A DNA stretch of 12,466 nt from a bacterium (GTDB lineage: Bacteria > SAR324 > NAC60-12), in assembly GCA_965233585.1 (NCBI GenBank), contig CBDDTI010000738.1, forward strand, positions 1 to 12,466, read 5' to 3'. A model generated the notes under the pieces. That model was not told the origin of the DNA. It worked only from the letters and a program-made list of their open reading frames with translations, and searched no databases. Each line of letters opens with the position of its first letter. The first letter of the stretch is position 1. Below, in pieces: positions 1 to 9,831 of this stretch. The translations under genes were made by a program, and so were the position numbers.

Positions 1-673
1 GCTTCATGTAAATTAAGTTCTCTAATTTGCATTCAAAATTGAGTTCTTGCACAATTTTTGGGTCAAACATACAATATAAAATAACTGAAAGCCTGATTCC
101 AGTGAGTATAATGCCCTACTTTTCCTTTATTTTCTGTGAATTATCATGAAGCTTGATTGGGGAGAAAAATATTTGAGGACTCGGTTCTTTTGCTTCTCTG
201 TAACAGCTGTTTTGTATTTACTCCAAACAGCACAATTCTGAGAAAACGATAGAATTTGCAGCTTTTTCAAATTTTTTCATTAGAGGATGCCGCACTCTTT
301 ATACAAATATTTTTTTTCCGGACGAGGTCATTTTTCTGCGGATTTTAAGCTGAAAATATTTTTGTGAATTTTATGAGATTAAAGCGTATGACCTTTCTGT
401 TTTCTAACGTATTTGGTGCCTGAATGGTGTTAAAGTAATTTTTCAGCCAGACTGCAGGCATTGAAGCCTGTTGTAACGCACATCACTTCTTGCGTAAGAG
501 TTAAAGATCCGTAAATTTAAATTTCATTCTGTGTTGCGAAATGTTATGAGCATCGGGCATACAACCAGTGCGGCTTTTTGCTCCTTTTTGGTTAGTTTTG
601 CCGTTAGAGAAAGGAAGAATTTTACGCGATTAATTAAAAACTTATAATTGTATTGCATTTATAAATTTTCAAC

Positions 674-706
<33 letters not shown>

Positions 707-974
707 CTGAACTTATTTTTAGAATACCCTTAAAATTTCAGCTTCGATATTCGTATAAAATAGATTATTTTATTACATATTATGTGTGGATAACAGTGTG
801 ATAAAGCCGTGACTAAAATTGCGGCTTGTTGAGTATTTGTGGGAACTCAACCATTTCAGGCAACATTGAGATCATCATAAACAACCATGCTTCGCGTAAA
901 CCACCTGTTAAGAGAAAGCGGTTGGTCAATGAATCTAGTGATAGCAGCCAAGAATGATTCCTTTTTCAGTATTA

Positions 975-1440
975 TATCTCTAAGTTAGTACGCGCGCTGT
1001 GATTGGCAATTTAGCGGGCCGTACTCTCCTGCACGGACCGCTAAAATTAAAGATTTTTTGTTGCCAAACTGTTGTGTGATTTACACCAACTTTTCTCAAC
1101 TTATGAATTAAGCAAATAACAGTTTAAAACTTTCTTTCACTCGAAATTGTGTACCGTAAAGAGTGCTAATGACTTAAAAACGATTTCAAAATTGACTTGT
1201 TTTGCTTTCGACCTAGTTCAGAAATTTGAATTCCCGAACCCGTTAGACACACAATAGAGATATAATAAATATCTTACGTACTAACCTCGTCTTCTCGGTC
1301 CGTACTGTAAGTTACGGATCCTCGTTTTTTCCCCCAACGATTTATGGCCCGCGCACTTCGCGCTTGGGCCATAAATCGAAGGGGAAAAAACTCGGTCCGT
1401 AACTTACTGTACGGACCTCAAACTCGGTTAGTAAGAGGTA
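975..1440. mobile_element. Non-autonomous palindromic element with two hairpins
   Basis: Hairpin 1008-1048 (aatttagcgggccgtac / gcacggaccgctaaaatt) and a 165-bp imperfect palindrome at 1272-1436 centred on gcgc-acttc-gcgc. Outer boundaries approximate. Confidence 0.7.
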
Positions 1441-1622
1441 TCTCTTTTTGACCCGATCATGAGAACGCAAATTTGCAGGAACATTTCAAGAGAACGATAC
1501 GCTTAACTTTCCCCTCTTTCTTGCATGTATTTACATTCATACACTATTATTAAATGCAACTTTCTTGTACTTCAAATTGGTGGCTTGATTTTTTTAAAGC
1601 ACGTAATATGTAATTAACAAAT

Positions 1623-1762
1623 ATTATTACATGTTAAGAGCCTGATATTTTTTTTAATCACTCGTTTTTAATACCATATCGCCCACTCGCTCGAAGACGT
1701 TCGCGATGTGGTATCAAAAACTCGTGAATAAAAACGATATCAGGCTCTTAACATGTAATAAT
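1623..1762. repeat. 140-bp palindromic (foldback/MITE-like) element
   Basis: Outer arms attattacatgttaagagcctgatat / atatcaggctcttaacatgtaataat are perfect 26-bp inverted repeats. Pairing continues imperfectly to a central loop near 1683-1702. Confidence 0.85.
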
Positions 1763-2056
1763 CTCTGTATAAACAAAAATGTATCTGAACTCTATCTACT
1801 TCTGATTGATAATCAACTCCTTCTTGACAGCAATACAACTACACAATTCATTACTGATGCAGAAACAGCAGGCTTTTATCCTCAATCTCAGTTTTAAAAT
1901 GTGTTTCTTAAACCTCTTTCATTACAACGAGTTTAAGTTATTTAGAAGCTATCCACGGAAATACTAAGTGTCCTCTGTTAATCAATCATTTAAGTAAAAC
2001 TTTAATCTTTCCTAAAAGATGGATCATTGTGCAGGCCTGGCTAAACTAGAAAACAT

Positions 2057-3030
2057 CTCATCTCTTAAGGCATGATGTTTTGAAATTTTTTCTAAATTTA
2101 TTCTTTTTCCTTAAAGCTGATTTCCAGTCCGTACTGCGCACTCTGGAGAGTTTGTTTACGACTTTTGTTTTGTTTCATGCAAGGCGTCACAAAATGTAGC
2201 ATTTTGCATCTACTTACATGGAGTAAATTCAAAGTTTCATGTCAACCTCCATTATCGATGCGAAGCTTTATGCTTCATTCTTTCTGATATATCACTTGAT
2301 GAAAACCTTCCGCAGCTGTAAAAATCAATGAAACTGTTGTAAAAAGAATTTGAAAGGTCTCAAAGATAAGGTATGTGGTTCTTAACGAATAACATCGATT
2401 TGCATTCCATCGAGTGAGCCGTTTATAATGTTTATAAACATTAGGGTTCTGAGACTGCGCAGTACGGACTGGAAATCATCTTTAAGTCTTGGCCTCTAAT
2501 TGTTTGCTTATATGCAACATGATATTTTTTTCCGAAAATTTACTCGGCTTAAGTGGTCACGTGATTGACCACGCCCTAAATTGAAAGAAGTTACAAGATG
2601 TAAAGGTACTAGAAAACTCTCGTTTTTTCTTTCAAAATCTTTACCTTGCCTGGTTATATGTCGTTCTAAACGGGGAATCTGAAAATGTTTTATTCTTTTG
2701 TCAGTATTTCCTATTTTTGCCTAGTTCCAGTCCCTCTTCAATGTATCTACGTTGTAATTGAAACAAAGAAATAAATCTTTCAAACCTCGATTAATTCTCT
2801 AAACTTGGTAGTTATAGCCATTCGCATAAATCAAAATTAGCCAAGGATTCCAACTCTGCAAATTCTCGTAAATTTGGATTCAAAATTATATAAACAATTG
2901 GGTATGGCAAGTCACGTGACTGAGGAACAAAGTTCTTGAAACCATAAAATAAAAAGTTTGTAAGCGATAGCTTAAATATATTTTAAATTAGACCACCCCT
3001 CCAAAATATAGAGAGACGAGATGGCCCCAC
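2057..3030. mobile_element. Unclassified insertion interrupting the Harbinger left end; hosts the Kolobok MITE
   Basis: Flanked by AAACAT at 2051-2056 and 3031-3036. Short inverted match catctcatctct (2054-2065) / agagacgagatg (3012-3023). GTCACGTGA at 2556 and 2911. Confidence 0.45.
2115..2481. mobile_element. Kolobok-type MITE
   Basis: TTAA TSD at 2111-2114 and 2482-2485. AG...CT ends. TIRs agctgatttccagtccgtactgcgca / tgcgcagtacggactggaaatcatct (1 mismatch in 26). Confidence 0.85.
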
Positions 3031-3288
3031 AAACATTGTTACGGAAGAATTGCTTAGGAGGCAAATGTTTCCCAGTTAAGCCGCACGGAGACAAATGTCG
3101 CGGAAACACGTATTTGCTTCTCAGAAACAAGAATGTTTTTGCCTCAGCTCAAAAATAGTTTTGCTTTCCGGATACAAATTCTGCGTCCGAAACATATTTT
3201 TCCCAGTTTTGGCCACAATAAAAACAATGTTGAATAGGTTCGTGCGCTTCTCATTCAAATGTTTCCCTGCAAGGCCGAGCGTAGCACA

Positions 3289-3578
3289 ATGTCAGTCGAA
3301 GTAGAATAGCCGCAAGCAGGCCATAGAAAAGGGTAGGGAGAGAAGGACAGGAATAATGACGACGCAGAGATGAAGTTACCAATTTTTAGTATGGCTGTTT
3401 GTAAGATGTAGCTCATGAAGATTGTATGAATAGGGACAATCAGGAGGTGGCTTACTGTCGAATTAATGCGCAAATGTCAGAGAAAAATGGTATCAGAGTG
3501 AACTGTTTCAACAAAAAATGCAAAATTCCGAGGTAACAAATTATAAGGGAACAAGCGCTGGAACAAAAAAAACAAAGT
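3289..3578 (+). pseudogene. Decayed MADF (Myb/SANT-like) ORF of Harbinger element
   Basis: Frame from 3393 reads GCL*DVAHEDCMNRDNQEVAYCRINAQMSEKNGIRVNCFNKKCKIPR*QIIREQALEQKKQS, fitting the MADF pattern CLWD....Y.NR.....AY..I...KKW..LR.Q..RE. The upstream frame from ATG 3289 gives NNDDAEMKLPI. Contains stops and a frameshift. Confidence 0.65.
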
Positions 3579-3647
3579 CTCCCCAGACTTCCTTGAAAGT
3601 CTCGTTTAGCCACATTTGGCAGCAATACAATTTGTTTGCTTCCCGCC

Positions 3648-3807
3648 AATAGAACAATTTCGATATATTAAAATACAGTCTCAAACAGTAGACCCCAGAA
3701 CGAGGCTTTGGAGAAGAAACCTCATAAACTCTGTATTTATTCCCAAGAGCCTCGAACTGAGGTCTATTGTTTGAGACTGAATTTTCATATATCTAAACTG
3801 ATCTATT
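3648..3807. mobile_element. Palindromic MITE with AATAG...CTATT ends, inserted in the Harbinger element
   Basis: About 60-bp arms aatagaacaatttcgatatattaaaatacagtctcaaacagtagacc / ggtctattgtttgagactgaattttcatatatctaaactgatctatt. Confidence 0.85.
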
Positions 3808-3944
3808 TTGCCACCCCAAAAACGTAACAAGAAGTAATGTTTCCGGAACAATGTTTCCTATTTTAGCCAGCCCATAAGAAACACGCTCCGTTATTTCCTG
3901 AAATCGGACGACCAATTACAGCGTTTGGAGCATCTGAAAAACTC

Positions 3945-5104
3945 TTTCACGTGGTCTTATATATCGTAAAAAAAAAATGCTCGCGTGTACCAAAAACCTG
4001 CGTGACATACTGGTTAGGGCCAAACACCCTACACAGCCCCTCCGGCTTCGCAAGCGACAGAAATAGGTGCAAGACGTGTCCTTTCATTACAGAAGGAGCC
4101 ACGTCTTACACTTTTTTCCGCTACCGACGAACATAAGACGTATACGACATCACATTTGTCACATCACCTGCTCACTCTTCTTCTAATCTCGTACAACGTT
4201 CTGGCATTAGTACATAGGCGAGACTAAACGTCATCTCAGCGGCAGATTTGGTGAGCATAGACGCGCAAACGAGTGAGGCAGCACACGACGACACACTGAT
4301 CAACCCACCCCCGTTTCAGATCGCTTTATCCTTCCTGCATGCTTATTTTATGGACAGCAAAGAACTCGTTCCCCTCGAACTCATCAACCCAAATAGGGAC
4401 TCTATTGATCTTCCAGACATCAAACATCAAAAAGTAAACCTGAATTTATTTTCCTCTTAGTATGTATTCATTAGTATCATTGATATCGCAGTTTAGTGTA
4501 TATGTAGTCTCTTGTCACATTATGTTGTTGTTGTTGTTGTCAATAATTACTTGTATTACCTTTAGTTTATCAGTGATCTCTAGTCATTGTTGTTAATTTA
4601 GTTCATTTAGTTCTCTTGTTGCTTTTAGTTGTATTTAGTTATACTTAGATGTTCAAGTGTTTATTCCCTGTAAACATGACCCGCCTAGATTACCTTGCTA
4701 CCTGCGGCATGCAAACTGCACTCTTTCCTAAAAACACAATAAAATGTTTTCTCTAAGGACACTTCAACCTTCTGGGTTAAACAGGGCGACATCATTTACT
4801 CTATTTAATTTTGTATGTATACGCTTTTGCACACGGTTTATTTGTCTCTATTTTTATCAACCAATCATGCCACATATTTCGTTAAGTATCATTTTAAATT
4901 CGGTAACCGTTTTATCCATATTTAGTTCTGAGCTTCAATGTAGCCCTTGAAGAAGGTTAGTCCTGTTAAACCGATATATTGGATATTAAATTTACCCTAT
5001 TTAGCCGTTCTGATAGCCTTTCAATTAATTTTAGACTTTATTATTAATACTGATTTCACACTCAGCTGATCCTGATCTAAACCAAGATCGGGCTTCACTC
5101 CGCT
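3945..5104 (+). mobile_element. 5'-truncated, decayed Penelope-like retroelement (GIY-YIG endonuclease region plus 3' terminal repeat)
   Basis: Fragments across frames: KNLRDILVRAKH (~3993-4028), RCKTCPFITEGATSYTFF, YIGETKRHLSGRFGEHRRA (from 4211), DQPTPVSDRF, ELVPLELI..NRDSI. These are typical of the PLE linker and GIY-YIG domain. 3' part ~4750-5104 has a hammerhead-like remnant. Confidence 0.8.
4404..4745 (+). mobile_element. Probable 3' tail of a LINE (L2/CR1-like) inserted into the Penelope relic
   Basis: GIY-YIG homology stops abruptly at ~4408. It is followed by a short ORF end, a T-rich UTR with (GTT)5 at 4524-4538, a GC-rich structured segment at 4678-4720, and AATAAA at 4738-4743. 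Confidence 0.4.
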
Positions 5105-5385
5105 GCTGTTTGCACAAGTGGTCCTTGCATTACAGCTAAAACTAGTGCTTTGAAACGTCTTATACAAATTTCATAGAGCCCAAATAATTTTAAAAAGATT
5201 GTTTCTGGCGAGAATAAATTCTTAATATAATTTTACATAGCAAATATGGTAACAAATGCGCATGAAGATACAGTAATTTCAGCTCGCCTGGTTAAGAAAT
5301 GACATGAGCCCAGGGAGGATGAGCCAAGAGAGTTTTAATCCCCCATATAGAACTTATTATCAAATGTTGCCCTGCATTCTCTCAC

Positions 5386-5484
5386 CAGCTCTGTTACCAA
5401 CTGTGCTGACTGCCGCTGATTGCGCTGTACGCTGTTGCGGTGCAGGCGACTGAGCAGGCGTAAACGCAAACGTGGAAGGGGTAC
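5386..5484 (-). CDS. Candidate 99-nt internal exon (phase 1/1) encoding a low-complexity S/T/A/P/Q-rich peptide of an unknown gene
   Basis: Minus-strand acceptor caattacctccctcag| and donor G|gtgaga. Open frame TPSTFAFTPAQSPAPQQRTAQSAAVSTVGNRA. GC-rich island in AT-rich flanks. Confidence 0.35.
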
Positions 5485-5607
5485 CTGAGGGAGGTAATTG
5501 TTGAGGCATATGATACGTTAAGCCATTAAACAATTTTTGAGTTATTTTTTTTGTAAAAAAATACCTCTTAGTCGGCGCGTCGAGTATGTTATGGACGGGT
5601 CAATGGA

Positions 5608-5660
5608 TCAGTCAGTGAGTGAGTGAGTGAGTGAGTGAGTCAGCGAGTCAGTGAGTGAGA
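5608..5660. repeat. (GAGT/CAGT)n microsatellite
   Basis: Pure (GAGT)6 at 5617-5640 with CAGT variants on both sides, followed by a short ATGT run. Confidence 0.95.
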
Positions 5661-5892
5661 GATGTATGTATGTCACACCAATCAGATCGGATCTACTATA
5701 AACAGCCAGTCAAATTTCTTGTCTTAAAGGCAAATGGTATGCGAGAAGATTCGATCCCGATACAGTTCAGAACGGCCATATTTATTCTACTATGAAAGAG
5801 GAGGAAGCATTTATTTCCTCATTTTCTGTGGGTTATGCTGAGGATTTTAGTTATGGACGAGATGAGCCTTGAGGTTGGAGACAACGCGTGAG

Positions 5893-6600
5893 CTTGTTGT
5901 ATGCAAATGGAACTAGATATTTTTATTTTTAGTTACAAAGGTAACATGATACTTTTGTTTTTCACAAGGAGTAAATTCAATTAGAGGTCACGCATCATCG
6001 CTTCTAGTTCTGTAGAAAATGTTTTTGATTTAAAAGAGTTTGAAAGAGTTTGAGTTTCATTGCAGATAACGATTGTTTTGTTCTTGTTGCATGCAAATAT
6101 AGCGAGATATTTTTTTATTTTTGGGTTACAAAAGGTAATTTGACACTCTTGTTTTTCACAAGGGAGTAAATTCAATTAGAGCTGACGAATCGTCACCACT
6201 TGTTCCCACGAGATGTTTGCTATCTTTAGTTACAAAGGTAACTTGATACTTTTGTTTTTCACAAGAAGTAAATTCAATTAGAGGTCACGCATCGTCGCTT
6301 CTAGTTCTTAGAAAACGTTTTCGAGAAGACAAGACTATTTTGGTTTGAAAGAGATAACGATTGTTTTGGTCTTGTTGCATGCACATATAGCGAGATATTT
6401 CTATTTTTTAGTTACAAAGGGTAATTTGACACTCTTGTTTTTCACAAGAGAGTATATTCAATTACAGCTGACGAATCGTCACCATTTGTTCCCACGAGAT
6501 GTTTGCTATCTTTAGTTTCAAATGGTAACTTAATACTTGTGTCTTTTATATGAGTGTAAATTTAATTAGAGCTCTCAAGTTATCGGCTATTGTTCCCAGA
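5893..6600. repeat. Higher-order tandem repeat: five ~60-bp cores in an A-B-A-B-C arrangement
   Basis: Core agttacaaaggtaa..tga.act.ttgtttttcacaag..gtaaattcaattagag starts at 5931, 6124, 6228, 6410, 6514 (spacings 193, 104, 182, 104). Confidence 0.92.
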
Positions 6601-7399
6601 ATATTAAACAAAAAAGAAGCTTTCATTTCTGGACGGTTTTTAAGTCTCTGCAGTAGCAGTTTATTTATATTTGATGAGCATTTTTTGTGACATTCTTTTC
6701 AGTCCGATATCTTTTAAGGTAAAAGTATGAAAACTGCACAAATGTTCTTTGAAGACTACGTGGCACCAAGTAAAAGTGCAATTTAATATTAAATCAGACT
6801 TTTAACGTGTCAGAGTTTTTTCTCTTTCGGTGAATTAGTGTTGTCGTGTTGTGTTGTGTTAAAAGGGTAAACTTACGACTTGCGAAAAGGTCTCTTCACT
6901 TGAGTATTTTGGGCAAAAATTCCTTTTGGGGGTTGGAAGGGCTTTGTGATGATGAGTGAGGGAGTTATGCACTTTCGTGTGTCACACCAATCACAGTGTG
7001 GGTTGTATCAAAGAACGAATCAAATTGCCTGTCAGAAAATAAGATGGTATCTACATTAATCTGGAGACATGTCAGTTAACTGTACGTTGTTCAGTCAAAC
7101 ATTTTATGGCTTACTATTTTGCTATCTTACCATTACCGATGTAACGTTGTATTTACAAATTATAGATTTCCAGTTTCCTTCTTGCTGTCCATCGCAGCCC
7201 AAAAAAACTTAACCAAATAACTACTGTGAACAGTTCTACGAATACTCCTATCACCAAAAAAATAACTCTTGCACGCTTTGCGTGCCTATGTTTTTATTAT
7301 TTTTTACAACATGCGTTGTTTTATTTTTGTTTATCACCATCCACCCGCGGCTATGGTTACAGGCTGGGTTGCATGGGAATGACTACATGTAACTTGGTC

Positions 7400-7649
7400 A
7401 CCTGGCCTCCAAACTATCAAAGATGGCGGCCAACAAGTCTTGTAAAAAGAGCGTTCCGGACGCCTTAGCTTTGGAGGTCTTTCACGATTTCAAAACAAAC
7501 TCAAGGACTATTTCGAATGCTTAGATCATTTACGTGACTATTCTTGTGCGATCAAGAGGATATAAAACTCCGAGAGCAAGGACGGATATAATTTACGATC
7601 TGTATTGCTGTACTGTTCATTTGTGTTTTGGTTTGATCGTGGAAATATC
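7400..7649 (+). promoter_or_regulatory. Putative promoter/5' UTR region of MCCC2-like gene
   Basis: CpG-containing non-repeat DNA directly upstream of the ATG. YY1-type motif AAGATGGCGGC at 7420-7430 and TATAAAA at 7561-7567. Confidence 0.4.
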
Positions 7650-8225
7650 ATGTCTTCTGCTTTCTTCTATGGAATTTCTCGCTTAGGTGGAGTATCAACG
7701 AGACTAATTGGGTCTCATTTCTGTAAAGTCACTGGTGTAAGAGCAGCATCGAACGCAATCAACTTCAAAGCTATTGACGGTTTTGTCGATAAAACTAGTT
7801 CGGAATTTCTTTCAAGAGCATCAGAAAAAACCGAGATTCTTAACACCTTTACGGAATTTGCGAACGTAGCGATGTTAGGTGGCGGTGAAAAAGCCATCGA
7901 GAGGCACACAAAGCGGAACAAAAAACTTCTTGTACGGGAGAGACTCGGTAAACTCCTAGACGAAGGGACCGAGTTCCTAGAGTTATCACAACTCGCTGGT
8001 CTTAATCTTGAGTATGGCACTGTCGCTTGTGCAGGAGTCGTAACAGGTATCGGGCAGATATCTGGGCAGCTGTGTGTGATTGTTGCAAATGATGCAACAG
8101 TTAAAGGAGGAACTATTTATCCAATTGCAGTGAAAAAGCAACTCAGAGCCCAGGAAATTGCTGAAGTGAACAAACTTCCATGTGTATTCCTTATTGACTC
8201 AGGAGGGGCATTTCTTCCCTTACAG
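7650..8225 (+). CDS. MCCC2-like: Coding exon 1 (192 aa) of a methylcrotonoyl-CoA carboxylase beta chain-like, mitochondrial carboxyl-transferase
   Basis: ATG at 7650. Translation has family motifs GGGEKA..RH, LLVRER..LLD....[38 protein letters not shown]...[16 protein letters not shown]-terminus is R/S/G-rich and acid-free for about 40 aa (transit-peptide-like). Donor CAG|GTACA after 8225, phase 0. Confidence 0.93.
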
Positions 8226-8560
8226 GTACATTTTACACTGTTATTAGGGAATGACATTTTTAATTATGGTTACAATATGGGGCAGACTTGTTGAGACACA
8301 ACAGTTTGTTATCCTATTTTCAAGCGTCTTGATAACATTATCCCCCTTTTGACTCCAAACAATGTTTACTTGTTTTTTTCTATTTCTAAGTTTGTTCAGT
8401 CCCGTAGTTGCTATACAACATTGAGTTGGGTCTCCAGGGGGCCAAAGAAATATCGCTAAATGCATATGAAATAGAATAAAGGGTTATATATCATAAAATG
8501 TCATTCTCTAAAAGTGCCTCAACTACTTTTGTTGTCTGCTGTACATGTACATGTAACTTA

Positions 8561-8981
8561 AGGCTGGTTTTCAGTAGCAATGGAGTGGTAGTCTGGGTCA
8601 TAATCAGAAGCATAGATCAATATGATCTAGTGAAAATCAAACCGACAGCGTCAGAAGCAGGATACTCATTCTGCTTATGTCTCTATTGCTTGCAGTGTAT
8701 GATCAATATTGAAAAATGCATTGTTGGAGTTGCAAGCAGAAGCAGAAGAATAAACCAATCACAGTGCTCAATTCCGAGCCTTCTGATTAGCTGGTTCTTC
8801 TGCGTCTGCTTCCAGGGCCGTAAATGGCATCAGAAGAAATGGAAGTTTACATTCTGATTCTTCCGCTCTGATTCCATCAAGCTTATAACTCCACTTTTGA
8901 CTCTGATTGTGGATCTTCACTAGGTCACAAGCTGACTCTTACAACTCTGACTCTGACTAGGTTGCTAGTGAAAACCAACCT
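8561..8981. mobile_element. Harbinger-type MITE in intron 1, CpG-decayed
   Basis: TIRs aggctggttttcagtagcaa / ttgctagtgaaaaccaacct (2 mismatches). Flanks TTA / TTG. Internal gactct and agaagc short repeats. Confidence 0.8.
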
Positions 8982-9754
8982 TTGGGAGTAGGCAAAATCT
9001 TCTTTATAAGTAACCAATATTGTTTATTATTAAGTCTATAAACATGTAAAACAAAACAAAAGTCCTGTTTACAGATACTAATTGTTGTTAATGTGTATGG
9101 ATAATGTACCAGCTTTCACACAATACAATTTATAAGAAAATACAGTTTTGATGTAAGGGTTTAGTGTACTGTCTAATGATCTGAGAAGATATTGATCCAT
9201 CCCTAGCAAAACTGAATTGAATCAAAAACCATGCTGGACTAAGAGTGTTTTCCAAACTCGTTTATTTTAGTAATTAAAGTTTAAACAAAGAATATTGTGG
9301 TTGTGGTGACATTTGGATATCTGATCTTAATTAGCAGAGATTTTTTATGGTTTTATTTCTCCGTTTTCTCCTTAGTTTTAGTTTTGATTGAGAGGATATA
9401 TCAAACACTCGAGACAGCTTTTGAACACATTTCCAAAGGCCTCAAAGTTCATCAAAAATACCCCATTACAGAGATGCCAACCCAAACGAATCAAAATTCA
9501 GGAGATCACCAATTTTACCTTTTTTGACCCTAAAAGGGATTGTTCAAAGTAGAGATCTTCCGACTAAATCTTAAAAATAATTCATCAAATATGAAAAACT
9601 TTTTCTCCAAAATTCCTAATATTTGCCTAATTATTTCAGGAAGATGAATTTTATGTGCTTTTATTTGTTTTATCAGGGAGATTTGGTGACTCATATGGGA
9701 GAGCAGGAGATTCAGTCTGTATATTATATGGGAGACTCGCAGATACATGTAAGA

Positions 9755-9828
9755 TGGGTGTCCAAAAGTGTCCAATAGGGGGTCCAGTAGGGGGTCCAGA
9801 TTGGGGTGTCCACATTTTGTACCAACCC
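9755..9828. repeat. Terminal fragment of another element with GG(G/T)GTCCA short repeats
   Basis: Five gtcca units (gggtgtcca, gtgtcca, gggggtcca x2, ggggtgtcca) ending in ttttgtaccaaccc. Confidence 0.55.
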
Positions 9829-9831
9829 TGG

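Larger units (their letters stand above)
2034..3873 (+). mobile_element. PIF/Harbinger-like deletion derivative carrying nested insertions
   Basis: 23-bp TIRs ggcctggctaaactagaaaacat (2034-2056) / atgtttcctattttagccagccc (3851-3873), 3 mismatches. Internal repeated aaacattgtt and atgtttccc motifs. Internal decayed MADF ORF. Confidence 0.7.
5568..7292 (+). mobile_element. Putative non-autonomous rolling-circle (Helentron/DINE-like) element
   Basis: GC-rich 5' motif ttagtcggcgcgtcgag, then a tetranucleotide microsatellite, an internal tandem array, and a terminal hairpin gcacgc-ttt-gcgtgc (7271-7285) followed by ctatg and a T-run. The matching subterminal inverted repeat was not found. Confidence 0.35.

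Noticed and set aside
1817..1897. Plus-strand acceptor-like ctccttcttgacag followed by a short open frame
   Set aside because: No convincing donor, partner exon or homology.
5931..6575. Repeat-spacer pattern resembling a CRISPR array
   Set aside because: Cores are ~60 bp and divergent, the intervening sequences are themselves duplicated and alternate in length, there are no cas genes, and the context is eukaryotic.
7715..8020. 101-aa minus-strand ORF
   Set aside because: Antisense shadow of exon 1.
7605..8294. 229-aa ORF as a complete gene
   Set aside because: Starts at a non-ATG codon. Homology ends at the donor after 8225, and the tail VHFTLL... is intron read-through.
8498..8857. 119-aa ORF
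   Set aside because: Runs through an intronic MITE and has no protein features.
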